Positions 19,079 to 27,941 of a DNA stretch of 64,000 nucleotides are shown piece after piece; the first letter of the stretch is position 1; the number at the start of each line of letters is the position of its first letter. A program made the translations under genes and the position numbers. The notes beneath the pieces are model-generated. The model was not told the DNA's origin and did no database searches. It saw only the letters and a list, made by a program, of their open reading frames with translations. The stretch covers positions 2,233 through 66,232 of the forward strand of contig CALMQS010000124.1 in NCBI GenBank assembly GCA_937871285.1, read 5' to 3'. This DNA is from an uncultured Sphingobacteriales bacterium. Its GTDB lineage: Bacteria; Bacteroidota; Bacteroidia; Chitinophagales; Chitinophagaceae.

Positions 19079-21369
19079 TGATTGCTTTTGTTGATCTTCC
19101 ATGCAATACCAGCATTAATTGTTCTGAGCTGACCGGGGCGATATGTGGTTCCCCACGAACTTTTTTCTACCGTAGTAGCATATACAGCATCTCCTACGTT
19201 CAAACAGTTTACCCAAACCTCTACCGATTTAAACTGGTACCCTGTTCTGGCGTTAAAAATGTTAAAGCCTTTATATTTTGCGGTATTTTCCGGGTCGGTA
19301 TGATAGCCTCCCATGCCCTGCCACTCAAATGAAATTCTAAAGCCTTTAAAAAAATGTGGCTTGTAACTAACCTCACTGTTGATAAAATACGGAGGAGCCT
19401 GGCTCATGTGATGACCCGAAAGATTTTTATCGTTTCTCACATAATCTTTATATTCATGGTGAGCAATGGTTCCGCCGGCTCTTAGTGTTAACCCTTTCAC
19501 CACTTCATAACGGGCATTTGCCTCCATACCATAATGTGTTGTTTCCCCTACATTTTGGTTTTTGTAAGTTCCATCCACCTGTCTCACACTCATTATCTCA
19601 TTTTTACCATCCATTTTATAAAGCGCGATATCTGCATTTCCTCTTCCCTCATTAAAGCCTGACCAGCCTCCTATCTCATAGTTGTTATAAGTTGAGGGCT
19701 TAAGGGTAGGCACCTGTACGCCTGTAAATAAGTCTGTGATATTGGGTGGTGCAAAGCCTACGCTATAATTAGCGTATAAACCTTTGGTATTTGTAAAGCC
19801 ATACGTAAATCCAACTTTGGGAGTGAAATACGAAAAATAATTAGAAGCGTCTGCAGCTCCTGAATAAGATCCGGGCGGAAGCAGGTTCCTGAAATCGTAA
19901 TCCATTCTGTCGTACCGCGCCGCTACAAGCACCTTAAGCTTTTCTACAGGGTTAATTTCAAATTGCGTATAAACGGCGGAATTAAAGAGATCAACTTTAT
20001 AATTGGTAAGCACAGAATCGGTAGTTGTATATGCATAGTATACCTTGTCTGCATTAACATCTATATCAATGTAGTTTGCATAGTAAGTAGCGGGGCTGAA
20101 ATCCACGCTAACACCCGTGATCCACCTTGCATTAAGGAAGTTGAAATTTTTTCTGTGCTGGGCAATGACGCCATAGCTGCTAAATGCGTCTTCATTAATT
20201 TGTCCCTTAGCTTTAGCAGGGTTGCCGGGTACAGCCCCAATACTGTAAAAAGGGTTTTGACCTATTGCCGTATTCCGGTGAAACAGTGTTATGGTTGTTT
20301 TATTATGCTCATTCCAGGTATGCTCAAACGCTGCTTTCAGCCTAAAAGCATTTACTTTCCGGTAAGTGAACCTGTAAAAGCTTTCATAGTCTTTACCGTA
20401 AAATTTGGTACTGTCTAACCCGCCCACCTGGTCTGTTTTATAGTTGATATAATCCGCCGTAAAATTCAACAGGCTTTTTTCGTCAAAGTGATAGTCGGCA
20501 CGGAATGTTAACGCAAGCTTTCTGAAATCATTATGTTGCCTGTCATCCTCATTTCTATCCGCAAAATAACCTCCTGCATATAATCCTAACTTTTTAAAAG
20601 AATTAGAAGCAAAAAAATCGGTTCTTTTATACCCGCGGCTGCCCGCTTCAATTTGAATTTTACCGGAAGGGGCCTGGGAGGGAGCAGGTGTAATAAAATT
20701 AACAGCGCCGCCAACAGCCTCACTTCCATATAATGAAGAAGCCGGCCCCTTAATTACTTCTACCCGCTCTACTGCTGCCTGGTTTATTTCGATCAACGCG
20801 TTGTGGTTAAAGTCGCCAACGGTACGGATAGGAACACCATCTTCCAGGTACAGGTACATATTGCTGTATCCCATAGGCTGGCGTATAGACATGGCATGTT
20901 GTTCGTTGCCCAGATCAACCATAAACACGCCAGGTACCTTGTTCAGCAACAAATCAAGACGTGTAGCCTTGGTGTCATTAATCGTAGTTTTTGAAATAGT
21001 GTGTATAGCAATAGGAGCTTCTGACCGGGGTTGCAGCTCTCTGTTCGCTGATACAATTACTTCTGCAAGCTGCGTGCCTTCAGGCTGAAGAAATACCTGG
21101 ATAAGTTTATCTGAAACGGGAAGTTTCTGATACTTATAATTTACGGCTGAAATAATGATGCTGTCAATCCGGGCAGCCGGTTCAAGTACAAATAATCCGG
21201 ACTTATTGGTTTTTGTAAATATTTTTTTGTTGGCAGATGATATGCTCACATCCGGAACAGGAAGCCTGCTTTCTTTATCAAACACATATCCGCTAATGCG
21301 GCTCTGCGACTGAGCCTCAGTTCCAATAGTTGCCAAAAGAACGAATGAAATGAATAACCTCAATGACAT
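19075..21369 (-). CDS. TonB-dependent receptor
   Basis: CarboxypepD-like N-domain; ERVEVIKGPASSLYGSEAVGGAVNFIT plug motif. Confidence 0.93.
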   Translation of the reverse strand: MSLRLFISFVLLATIGTEAQSQSRISGYVFDKESRLPVPDVSISSANKKIFTKTNKSGLFVLEPAARIDSIIISAVNYKYQKLPVSDKLIQVFLQPEGTQLAEVIVSANRELQPRSEAPIAIHTISKTTINDTKATRLDLLLNKVPGVFMVDLGNEQHAMSIRQPMGYSNMYLYLEDGVPIRTVGDFNHNALIEINQAAVERVEVIKGPASSLYGSEAVGGAVNFITPAPSQAPSGKIQIEAGSRGYKRTDFFASNSFKKLGLYAGGYFADRNEDDRQHNDFRKLALTFRADYHFDEKSLLNFTADYINYKTDQVGGLDSTKFYGKDYESFYRFTYRKVNAFRLKAAFEHTWNEHNKTTITLFHRNTAIGQNPFYSIGAVPGNPAKAKGQINEDAFSSYGVIAQHRKNFNFLNARWITGVSVDFSPATYYANYIDIDVNADKVYYAYTTTDSVLTNYKVDLFNSAVYTQFEINPVEKLKVLVAARYDRMDYDFRNLLPPGSYSGAADASNYFSYFTPKVGFTYGFTNTKGLYANYSVGFAPPNITDLFTGVQVPTLKPSTYNNYEIGGWSGFNEGRGNADIALYKMDGKNEIMSVRQVDGTYKNQNVGETTHYGMEANARYEVVKGLTLRAGGTIAHHEYKDYVRNDKNLSGHHMSQAPPYFINSEVSYKPHFFKGFRISFEWQGMGGYHTDPENTAKYKGFNIFNARTGYQFKSVEVWVNCLNVGDAVYATTVEKSSWGTTYRPGQLRTINAGIAWKINKSNQ

Positions 21370-21421
21370 GGGATCTAAAATTGTTAGTTTGGAAAACAGT
21401 TGCTGGTATAACAGGGTTTTG

Positions 21422-21469
21422 TTATTTCTGTGGAGTACTACATCGAAGTGTGTTCAGCATTTTTTTCAT
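21422..21469 (-). CDS. Candidate leader peptide MKKMLNTLRCSTPQK
   Basis: Lies between the operator-promoter and the TBDR; A-rich start context; TLRCS motif. Confidence 0.4.
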   Translation of the reverse strand: MKKMLNTLRCSTPQK

Positions 21470-21504
21470 TTGTTGTACAGGGATTGATTTTGTAAAAGGA
21501 GAGG

Positions 21505-21549
21505 CAAAACTAATATCAATTTATTAGTCTACCAAATAAGTAGACTAAT
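21505..21549 (-). promoter_or_regulatory. Sigma70-type promoter (-7 TAGTTTTG at 21505-21512, -33 TTTG at 21533-21536) with perfect operator 21523-21549
   Basis: ATTAGTCTAC-CAAATAA-GTAGACTAAT; 20-nt spacer. Confidence 0.8.
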
Positions 21550-21645
21550 AAATTATTTTAATTTTTTCTTTTGCTGCAGGCGCGATGCTCCTGCCCTGTT
21601 TTTTTGATTTTATGATCAGCGTCAATAAATATTTACTCAAAAAAA

Positions 21646-21678
21646 TTTGCTGGTAAGAAAATAATGCCATTACCTTTG
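21646..21678 (+). promoter_or_regulatory. Sigma70 promoter of the SAM riboswitch transcript
   Basis: TTTG (21646-21649), 21 nt, TACCTTTG (21671-21678). Confidence 0.7.
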
Positions 21679-21711
21679 CTGCAGTTCTTTACACCGTATG
21701 ATTTACGGAAT

Positions 21712-21829
21712 ACTTATCAAGAAAGGTGGAGGGTAATGGCCCTGCGAAGCCTTGACAACCTCCTTTTATGCCGCATGGAATAAAAGGGAAGGTGCCAATT
21801 CCATCACGCCAACGGCGTGGGAGATAAGC
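21712..21829 (+). ncRNA. SAM-I (S-box) riboswitch
   Basis: CTTATCAAGAAAGGTGGAGGG...GGCCC...GAAGCC...CAACC...GGTGCCAATTCC...GAGATAAG; P1 CTTATC/GATAAG; P4 CACGCC/GGCGTG. Confidence 0.95.
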
Positions 21830-21867
21830 CAGATTCATAGCTCCGCAATATGTGTAACACAATATTT

Positions 21868-21900
21868 GAAGCTCGTCTGATTTATCGGACGAGCTTTTTT
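21868..21900 (+). terminator. Riboswitch expression-platform terminator
   Basis: AAGCTCGTCTGA-TTTA-TCGGACGAGCTT followed by a T run. Confidence 0.85.
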
Positions 21901-21970
21901 GTTGCTCCCCGGTATGCTTTTTTGATAAGTGTTCTTTACCCAATTAATTCACATTTTAAATCAAAAAAAG

Positions 21971-23158
21971 ATGAGCAACAACGCAACAAGCCTTATTCAC
22001 AGCATTCCCGTTGATCCTTTAACCGGAGCTATTGCCGTACCCATTTACCAAACCAGCACATTTATCCAGGAAGCCCCCGGTATAAATAAGGGTTATGATT
22101 ATGCCCGCACCGGCAATCCTACCAGGCAGGCGCTCGAAAACCTTATTGCCACGCTGGAAAAAGGAACCACAGGCATTGCTTTTGCCAGCGGACTGGCAGC
22201 TATTGACGCGGTAGTAAAATTATTGGAAAGCGGCGATGAAATACTGGCGGTGGATGACATCTATGGCGGCGCATTCCGCCTGTTCACACACATTTACGGG
22301 AAATTCGGCGTCACTGTAAACTACGTTGATACAACGCGGGCCGAAAATGTTTTTAACGCCATTACTCCCAAAACCAGGCTGATATGGATTGAAACACCTA
22401 CCAATCCTACGTTAAAAATTTCCGATATCCGGGCCGTGGCTGCCATTGCAAAGGCCAGCGGGTGTTTGCTGTGCGTAGACAATACCTTTGCATCACCGGC
22501 GCTTCAGCAGCCACTTGAGCTGGGTGCAGATATTGTCGTTCATTCTGCTACCAAATATCTTGGCGGCCACAGCGACCTGATAGCCGGTCTTGTGATCACC
22601 AAAACAAAAGAGTTAGGCGAAAAAATAAAATTCATTCAAAACGCGAGTGGCGCCATTTTGGCTCCGTTCGATAGCTGGCTGGTGATACGCGGCATTGAAA
22701 CTTTACACCTGCGCGTAAAGCAACATTGTTTTAATGCCCAGGCTGTAGCAGCATTTCTACAATCACATCCCGATGTTGACCAAGTTTATTACCCGGGATT
22801 AAAATCGCATTTCAATCATGCCATTGCGGCTCAGCAATCAAAGGGTTTTGGCGGTGTTGTTTCTTTTACCCTCAAAGATGATACAGAAGAAGCCGCCACT
22901 GCATTTGTTACTTCCACCCAATATTTTAAGCTGGCAGAAAGCCTGGGCGGTGTAAAAAGCCTGTTGTGCCATCCCGCACAAATGACCCACCTGTCTATTC
23001 CGGCAGAAAAGAGGAAAGCCGCCGGCGTTGCAGACAGCCTCATCAGGCTAAGCGTGGGATTAGAAGATGCCGGTGACCTGATCAGTGATCTGCAGCAGGC
23101 GTTTGAAAAAATTAAAACCAGGCAGCATTCAGTAAAAAAGCCGGTGGCTCACATATAG
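21971..23158 (+). CDS. metB: Cystathionine gamma-synthase/lyase (Cys/Met metabolism PLP enzyme)
   Basis: YDYARTGNPTR, FASGLAA, ETPTNP, VDNTFASP, HSATKYLGGHSD, LAESLGG; downstream of a SAM riboswitch; MetB versus MetC/CGL not resolvable by eye. Confidence 0.85.
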   Translation: MSNNATSLIHSIPVDPLTGAIAVPIYQTSTFIQEAPGINKGYDYARTGNPTRQALENLIATLEKGTTGIAFASGLAAIDAVVKLLESGDEILAVDDIYGGAFRLFTHIYGKFGVTVNYVDTTRAENVFNAITPKTRLIWIETPTNPTLKISDIRAVAAIAKASGCLLCVDNTFASPALQQPLELGADIVVHSATKYLGGHSDLIAGLVITKTKELGEKIKFIQNASGAILAPFDSWLVIRGIETLHLRVKQHCFNAQAVAAFLQSHPDVDQVYYPGLKSHFNHAIAAQQSKGFGGVVSFTLKDDTEEAATAFVTSTQYFKLAESLGGVKSLLCHPAQMTHLSIPAEKRKAAGVADSLIRLSVGLEDAGDLISDLQQAFEKIKTRQHSVKKPVAHI

Positions 23159-23412
23159 CACGCAATCATGCAAAAATATTTTAGGCAGAAAGAGCGCCGC
23201 ATATAAACAGGTGTATTTAATAGTATGTGTTAAGCATTACTTTTGAAATACACCTGTTTATCAGCAAACGCTATACGAAAGGGATACCGCTACAGGGCTT
23301 TATTGCCGGCAGCTCTGCCTGATCCTGGCAGGTTTTCAGAAATTGAGCATCAGAACTGAACTTAATCCTTACTTTTATTGAAAGCTTTGGTTTCGGTATT
23401 TGTAATTTTATT

Positions 23413-24990
23413 ATGAGACAACTAATCCCATTTTGCATTTCATTATACCTGCTTGTTTCATGTACAGCTAAAAGACAAAATGATAAAGTTCAATTTGAAG
23501 AACCACCTGTTTCGGGGCGCTCAGGGAAAGAGCTGGCGATAGCGCACTGCAGCCGGTGCCATGCTTTTGTGAGTCCTGAATTATTAACAAAAACCATTTG
23601 GAAAGAAGATGTGCTTCCGGCTATGGGGTACCAGATGGGCATATACAGCGGCGGGTTCAGACCCGATAGTTTGTTTGATCCCGGCGTAAGCGGCGATATT
23701 GTACGTAATGCCGGTATCTATCCGGAAAGTCCGGTGCTGGCAAAAGCGGATTGGCACAAAATAGAGCAATATTTTATGGAGCATGCGCCGGATACCATTC
23801 CGCCTCCCCTTCGCAAAAGTGCAATCCGGATGGGACTGCAGCATTTCAAATACAAAGAAGCTTCCTTTTCTCATCGCCCTTCGCTGACCACTATGGTCAA
23901 AATTCTTCCTGATAACCGGGGCATCGCATATAGTGATGGAAAAAGCAGGCGTAATGTTTTAACCTTTCTAACCCCCGATCTTAAAGAAAATTACAGCATC
24001 CCGCTGCAATCAACGCCTGTTCAGTTTGATGAAAAAGCAAACGGGCTGTACCTCACAACTACCGGGAACGGAATTTTTCCAACGGATGCTCCCGGGGGTG
24101 CTATACAACGATGGGTAAAAAATGAACCGCAGCCGGGATATCAACCCGGGAATATCATTATTCCAAATTTACAGCGGCCCGTTTGTATAGCATACGGCGA
24201 TTTGAATAACGATGGATTTGAAGATATTGTGGCCTGTGAATTTGGCAACCAGACCGGGCAATTGGCCTGGTACGAAAACAATGGGAAAGGAGGTTATAAC
24301 AAAAGGGCCCTGCGCGATAAGCCCGGTGCGATCACGGCCATTATTAAGGATGCCAATAACGATGGATTACCCGATATTTATGTGCTCATGGCACAGGGTG
24401 ATGAGGGTGTTTTTTTGTATGAAAACCAGGGAGCGGGTACATTTAAGGAAAAACGGCTGTTATCCTTCCTGCCCCTGAATGGATCCCAGTATATTGAACT
24501 TGCGGATTTTAACAAAGATGGTTTTGATGACATCTTATACGTTTGTGGAGACAATGCCGACAAAACACCGGTATTAAAGGACTATCACGGCATTTATATT
24601 TTTCTGAATGATGGTAAATCCAACTTTACGCAATCGTATTTCTACCAAATGAACGGCGCTTATAAAGCGATGGTACGGGATTATGACCTGGATGGTGACC
24701 TGGATATAGCTGCCATCTCTTTTTTCCCCGATTATCTCCGCTACCCGGAAGAAAGCTTTATTTATTTGAAAAATATAGGAAATTTAAAATTTGACGATTA
24801 TTCATTTCCCGAAGCTCCAAAGGGTAGATGGGTGGTAATGGATGCGGGCGATATGGATGGTGACGGGGATATTGATCTTGTTTTGGGTTCTTTTGTATAT
24901 TTTTTACCGCAGGGTGATACCACGGGGCTGGGTAAAAAATGGCTATTAACCGGGCCTTCTGTAGTGGTTTTGGAAAACACGATCCGATAG
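23413..24990 (+). CDS. FG-GAP/VCBS-repeat lipoprotein with N-terminal c-type heme motif
   Basis: Lipobox LVSC; CSRCH; repeated D.N.DG..D motifs. Confidence 0.85.
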   Translation: MRQLIPFCISLYLLVSCTAKRQNDKVQFEEPPVSGRSGKELAIAHCSRCHAFVSPELLTKTIWKEDVLPAMGYQMGIYSGGFRPDSLFDPGVSGDIVRNAGIYPESPVLAKADWHKIEQYFMEHAPDTIPPPLRKSAIRMGLQHFKYKEASFSHRPSLTTMVKILPDNRGIAYSDGKSRRNVLTFLTPDLKENYSIPLQSTPVQFDEKANGLYLTTTGNGIFPTDAPGGAIQRWVKNEPQPGYQPGNIIIPNLQRPVCIAYGDLNNDGFEDIVACEFGNQTGQLAWYENNGKGGYNKRALRDKPGAITAIIKDANNDGLPDIYVLMAQGDEGVFLYENQGAGTFKEKRLLSFLPLNGSQYIELADFNKDGFDDILYVCGDNADKTPVLKDYHGIYIFLNDGKSNFTQSYFYQMNGAYKAMVRDYDLDGDLDIAAISFFPDYLRYPEESFIYLKNIGNLKFDDYSFPEAPKGRWVVMDAGDMDGDGDIDLVLGSFVYFLPQGDTTGLGKKWLLTGPSVVVLENTIR

Positions 24991-24996
24991 GGCCGG

Positions 24997-25060
24997 GTGA
25001 GACGGGAGAGGTGAAAGGTGAGAAGTGAGCGGTTTCTCGTTTCACGTTTATCGTTTCACG
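24997..25060 (+). repeat. Heptamer-based hairpin repeat directly after a stop codon (copy 1)
   Basis: GTGAGAAGTGA...TTCTCGTTTCACGTTTATCGTTTCACG; related to 44318-44386. Confidence 0.6.
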
Positions 25061-25196
25061 GGGCCATCGTAAAAATACAGGGAGATCAGCGGTTTGTCGT
25101 ATTTCTATTACAAAACAAAAACATCTTATTCTATTTTTTTTACGGGCCGGGTGCATTTCCTTTGAGGAATCCAATTCATCCTAAAAACCAATTCCT

Positions 25197-25445
25197 ATGT
25201 CTTTAACCATAGCTCAATTTTCCGTGCTCACTGAAGTTCAAAAACTCGAACTCATTGTTAAAAACGCCGTCATACTTGGCGAGAGAAGAGATAATGTTTT
25301 TGAATATGTTCTCTATGATATTGATGGTTTGTATGTAGAAGAAATACGTGGAATTCACTATACTGACTGGTATCAGTATACTGCCATTGACGACATGAAC
25401 CTCGTGCTCCCATACACAGAAGAAATACAGGTAGTTTTTGAATAA
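25197..25445 (+). CDS. Small hypothetical protein
   Basis: 82 aa; resembles a small Bacteroidota family (F..L...Q.......G..+G.R.D......LY.+D..YVE), recalled from memory. Confidence 0.7.
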   Translation: MSLTIAQFSVLTEVQKLELIVKNAVILGERRDNVFEYVLYDIDGLYVEEIRGIHYTDWYQYTAIDDMNLVLPYTEEIQVVFE

Positions 25446-25804
25446 TCTTTTACACACCCTAAAATCAATGTTTCATTCAGGCACAGGTCTCGCAGTGGTG
25501 GCTCCGCCGCTTTACCGGAACTGTGCTTAATTACAATTTGCATTTGCTTATATATCGTGCAGTAGTCGTCATTGCGCTGTTGGCAATGCCGGTAATTTCA
25601 CGGACAGGCGCTTTATGCTTTTTCATTTTATAGTATTTCATGTAGTTATATTCTTTATAATAGAATGAACCGAGGCTACGCCTCTTGGTTTTTACATTAT
25701 TCGAAATTAAAAGGGATATAGCACATCAAAATATTAATTTAGCCTAATAACCCTCTTCCCCCCTCCCACTCCAATCTACTATATTTGTTCCACAATGATG
25801 CTGT

Positions 25805-27487
25805 ATGAACCTATCCATTAAGCTCCTTGCTGCTTCCGTCTTTTTATTTCTGACGCTAAATAATGCAACCACCCAAAGCATTCCTGATTCTGTTGCGCAA
25901 AAAATTGATAAGCTTTTCAGCCAATGGAACAATCCCAACACACCCGGCTGTGCCATTGGCGTGGTGCGCAACGATTCATTGATCTACGCCAAAGGATATG
26001 GTATGGCCAACCTCGAGTATGGTATCCCTGTTTCTCCTGAAACCATTTTTCATATGGCTTCGGTATCCAAACAGTTTACGGCCTACAGCATCGTGCTGCT
26101 CGCCCGCCAGGGAAAGCTGCGGTTAGATGATGACATTCACCAATACCTGCCCTGGTTTCCCTACCTTAAAGAAAAGATCACGATCCGCCACCTGCTCAAT
26201 CATACCAGCGGCATCCGCGATCAATGGCAGTTGCTTGCCATTGCAGGCACCCGTTTAGACGATGTGATTACCCAGGATCATATTGTAAAAATACTGGGCA
26301 AACAGCAGGCATTGAATTTTAAGCCCGGAGAACGATACAGCTATTCCAACAGCGGGTTTACCATGCTGGCTGAAATTGTGAAAGCAGTTACAGGGCAATC
26401 GCTCCGCAGGTTTACAGACTCCGCTATCTTTAAACCGCTGGGCATGAAGCAAACGCATTTTCACGATGACTATACCGAGATTGAGAAGAACCGTGCCTAC
26501 TCCTACCAGCGGAAAAATCTCTTTACATTTTCCAACAGTGTACTCTCCTATTCCAATGCCGGCGCCACCAGCCTGTTTACCAATATCAACGACCTTTCAA
26601 AATGGGTGATGAATTTTTATACCCCTGTTGCGGGCACAGCCGCCGATATTGATCAACTGGTGCAGAAAGGAAAGCTGAACAACGGTGTGGAATTAAACTA
26701 TGCGCTGGGCATTGTTTCCGATACATACAAAGGCTTTAAACAATATTCCCACTCCGGCGGTGATGCAGGATTCAGAACATATCTCACCGTATTCCCCGAG
26801 CTGAAAATGGGTTTTATGATATTCAGCAACCTGGCAGAAGTGAATACCTATGAAAAGACTTACCAGTTGGTTGATCTGTTTATCAAAGACACAGCAGCTA
26901 AAGTAAATGCAGACATAAGGATTGACAGCAGCCGCGCTATTATAAAAGATGAAGGGCGTGTAAAAAATTTTACCGGTGATTTTATTTCAGAAGACGGTGC
27001 ACAATTCAGCTTTGTGCTGCGCAACCGGAAATTGTACTGGGAGCGTTATGGGAACTCGGATCTGTTGTACCCCGGGTTGAAAGACAGCTTTACCGTAGCC
27101 AAATCACCGGAGATAAAATTCGTATTTAGTACAGCACCCGATAAAAGCGTGCTGGTAAATCAATACTGGCCGGATAATAACCGGTTACTGATAAAATATA
27201 CCACCGATAGTGTGCAAACAGCACAACAACTACAGCAGTATGCAGGTGTGTACTACTGCCCGGAGCTGGATTGTAAGTATGCCATCGTTGTAAAAGATCA
27301 TGAACTGGTATTAACCGGCAATAAGTATAACGATAGCAAGCTGAAGCTGGTGGAAAAAGACCATCTCTTTACCGATTACTGGTGGATGAGGCATTTAAAA
27401 ACGATCTCAGACAACAATAAGAAAATAACTGGTTTCGAGGTAAACGATGGCAGGATCATGCACCTGCGGTTTAATAAAATACAGTAG
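25805..27487 (+). CDS. Serine hydrolase (beta-lactamase/AmpC-like family)
   Basis: FHMASVSKQF (SxxK), YSYSN, HSGG; signal peptide; TATATTTG -7 box upstream. Confidence 0.93.
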   Translation: MNLSIKLLAASVFLFLTLNNATTQSIPDSVAQKIDKLFSQWNNPNTPGCAIGVVRNDSLIYAKGYGMANLEYGIPVSPETIFHMASVSKQFTAYSIVLLARQGKLRLDDDIHQYLPWFPYLKEKITIRHLLNHTSGIRDQWQLLAIAGTRLDDVITQDHIVKILGKQQALNFKPGERYSYSNSGFTMLAEIVKAVTGQSLRRFTDSAIFKPLGMKQTHFHDDYTEIEKNRAYSYQRKNLFTFSNSVLSYSNAGATSLFTNINDLSKWVMNFYTPVAGTAADIDQLVQKGKLNNGVELNYALGIVSDTYKGFKQYSHSGGDAGFRTYLTVFPELKMGFMIFSNLAEVNTYEKTYQLVDLFIKDTAAKVNADIRIDSSRAIIKDEGRVKNFTGDFISEDGAQFSFVLRNRKLYWERYGNSDLLYPGLKDSFTVAKSPEIKFVFSTAPDKSVLVNQYWPDNNRLLIKYTTDSVQTAQQLQQYAGVYYCPELDCKYAIVVKDHELVLTGNKYNDSKLKLVEKDHLFTDYWWMRHLKTISDNNKKITGFEVNDGRIMHLRFNKIQ

Positions 27488-27563
27488 CGGTCAATTGCTA
27501 AGCCCTGCGTTGAAGATAGCGTTCCTGATATGATTTGATTCATGCTAATTTTACAACAGCCGC

Positions 27564-27941
27564 ATGTGGTACCAGCTTATCAATATTTCCTTCTTTGTAT
27601 TTCATACCCTGTTTACCCTGTTTAATATGGCAGGATGGATTTTTCCATACACCCGGAAACTGCATTTAATCACCCTTTTCCTCACGTCCTTCTCCTGGTT
27701 TATACTCGGCATATGGTATGGCTGGGGATATTGCATTTGTACAGACTGGCACTGGGCTGTGCGGGAAAAGCTGGGTTACCACGACCATTCTGATTCCTAT
27801 ATCCATTTCCTTATATTCAAATTAACAGGGGCCGATCTAAACCCAAAATTTGTAGAGAACGCCACATTGCTGATTTTTTTACTCAGCTTGGCCTTAAGCA
27901 TCGGGTTAAATATAAGAGACCATTATCATCGCAAAAAATAA
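27564..27941 (+). CDS. DUF2784-like membrane protein
   Basis: FHTLFTLFN..GW...WYGWGYCICTDWHW motif. Confidence 0.75.
   Translation: MWYQLINISFFVFHTLFTLFNMAGWIFPYTRKLHLITLFLTSFSWFILGIWYGWGYCICTDWHWAVREKLGYHDHSDSYIHFLIFKLTGADLNPKFVENATLLIFLLSLALSIGLNIRDHYHRKK

Noticed and set aside
21850-21925. Cys-containing sORF (MCNTIFEAR...) after the SAM aptamer as a further leader peptide
   Set aside because: It lacks the RC motif and overlaps the riboswitch terminator, which already explains the sequence.
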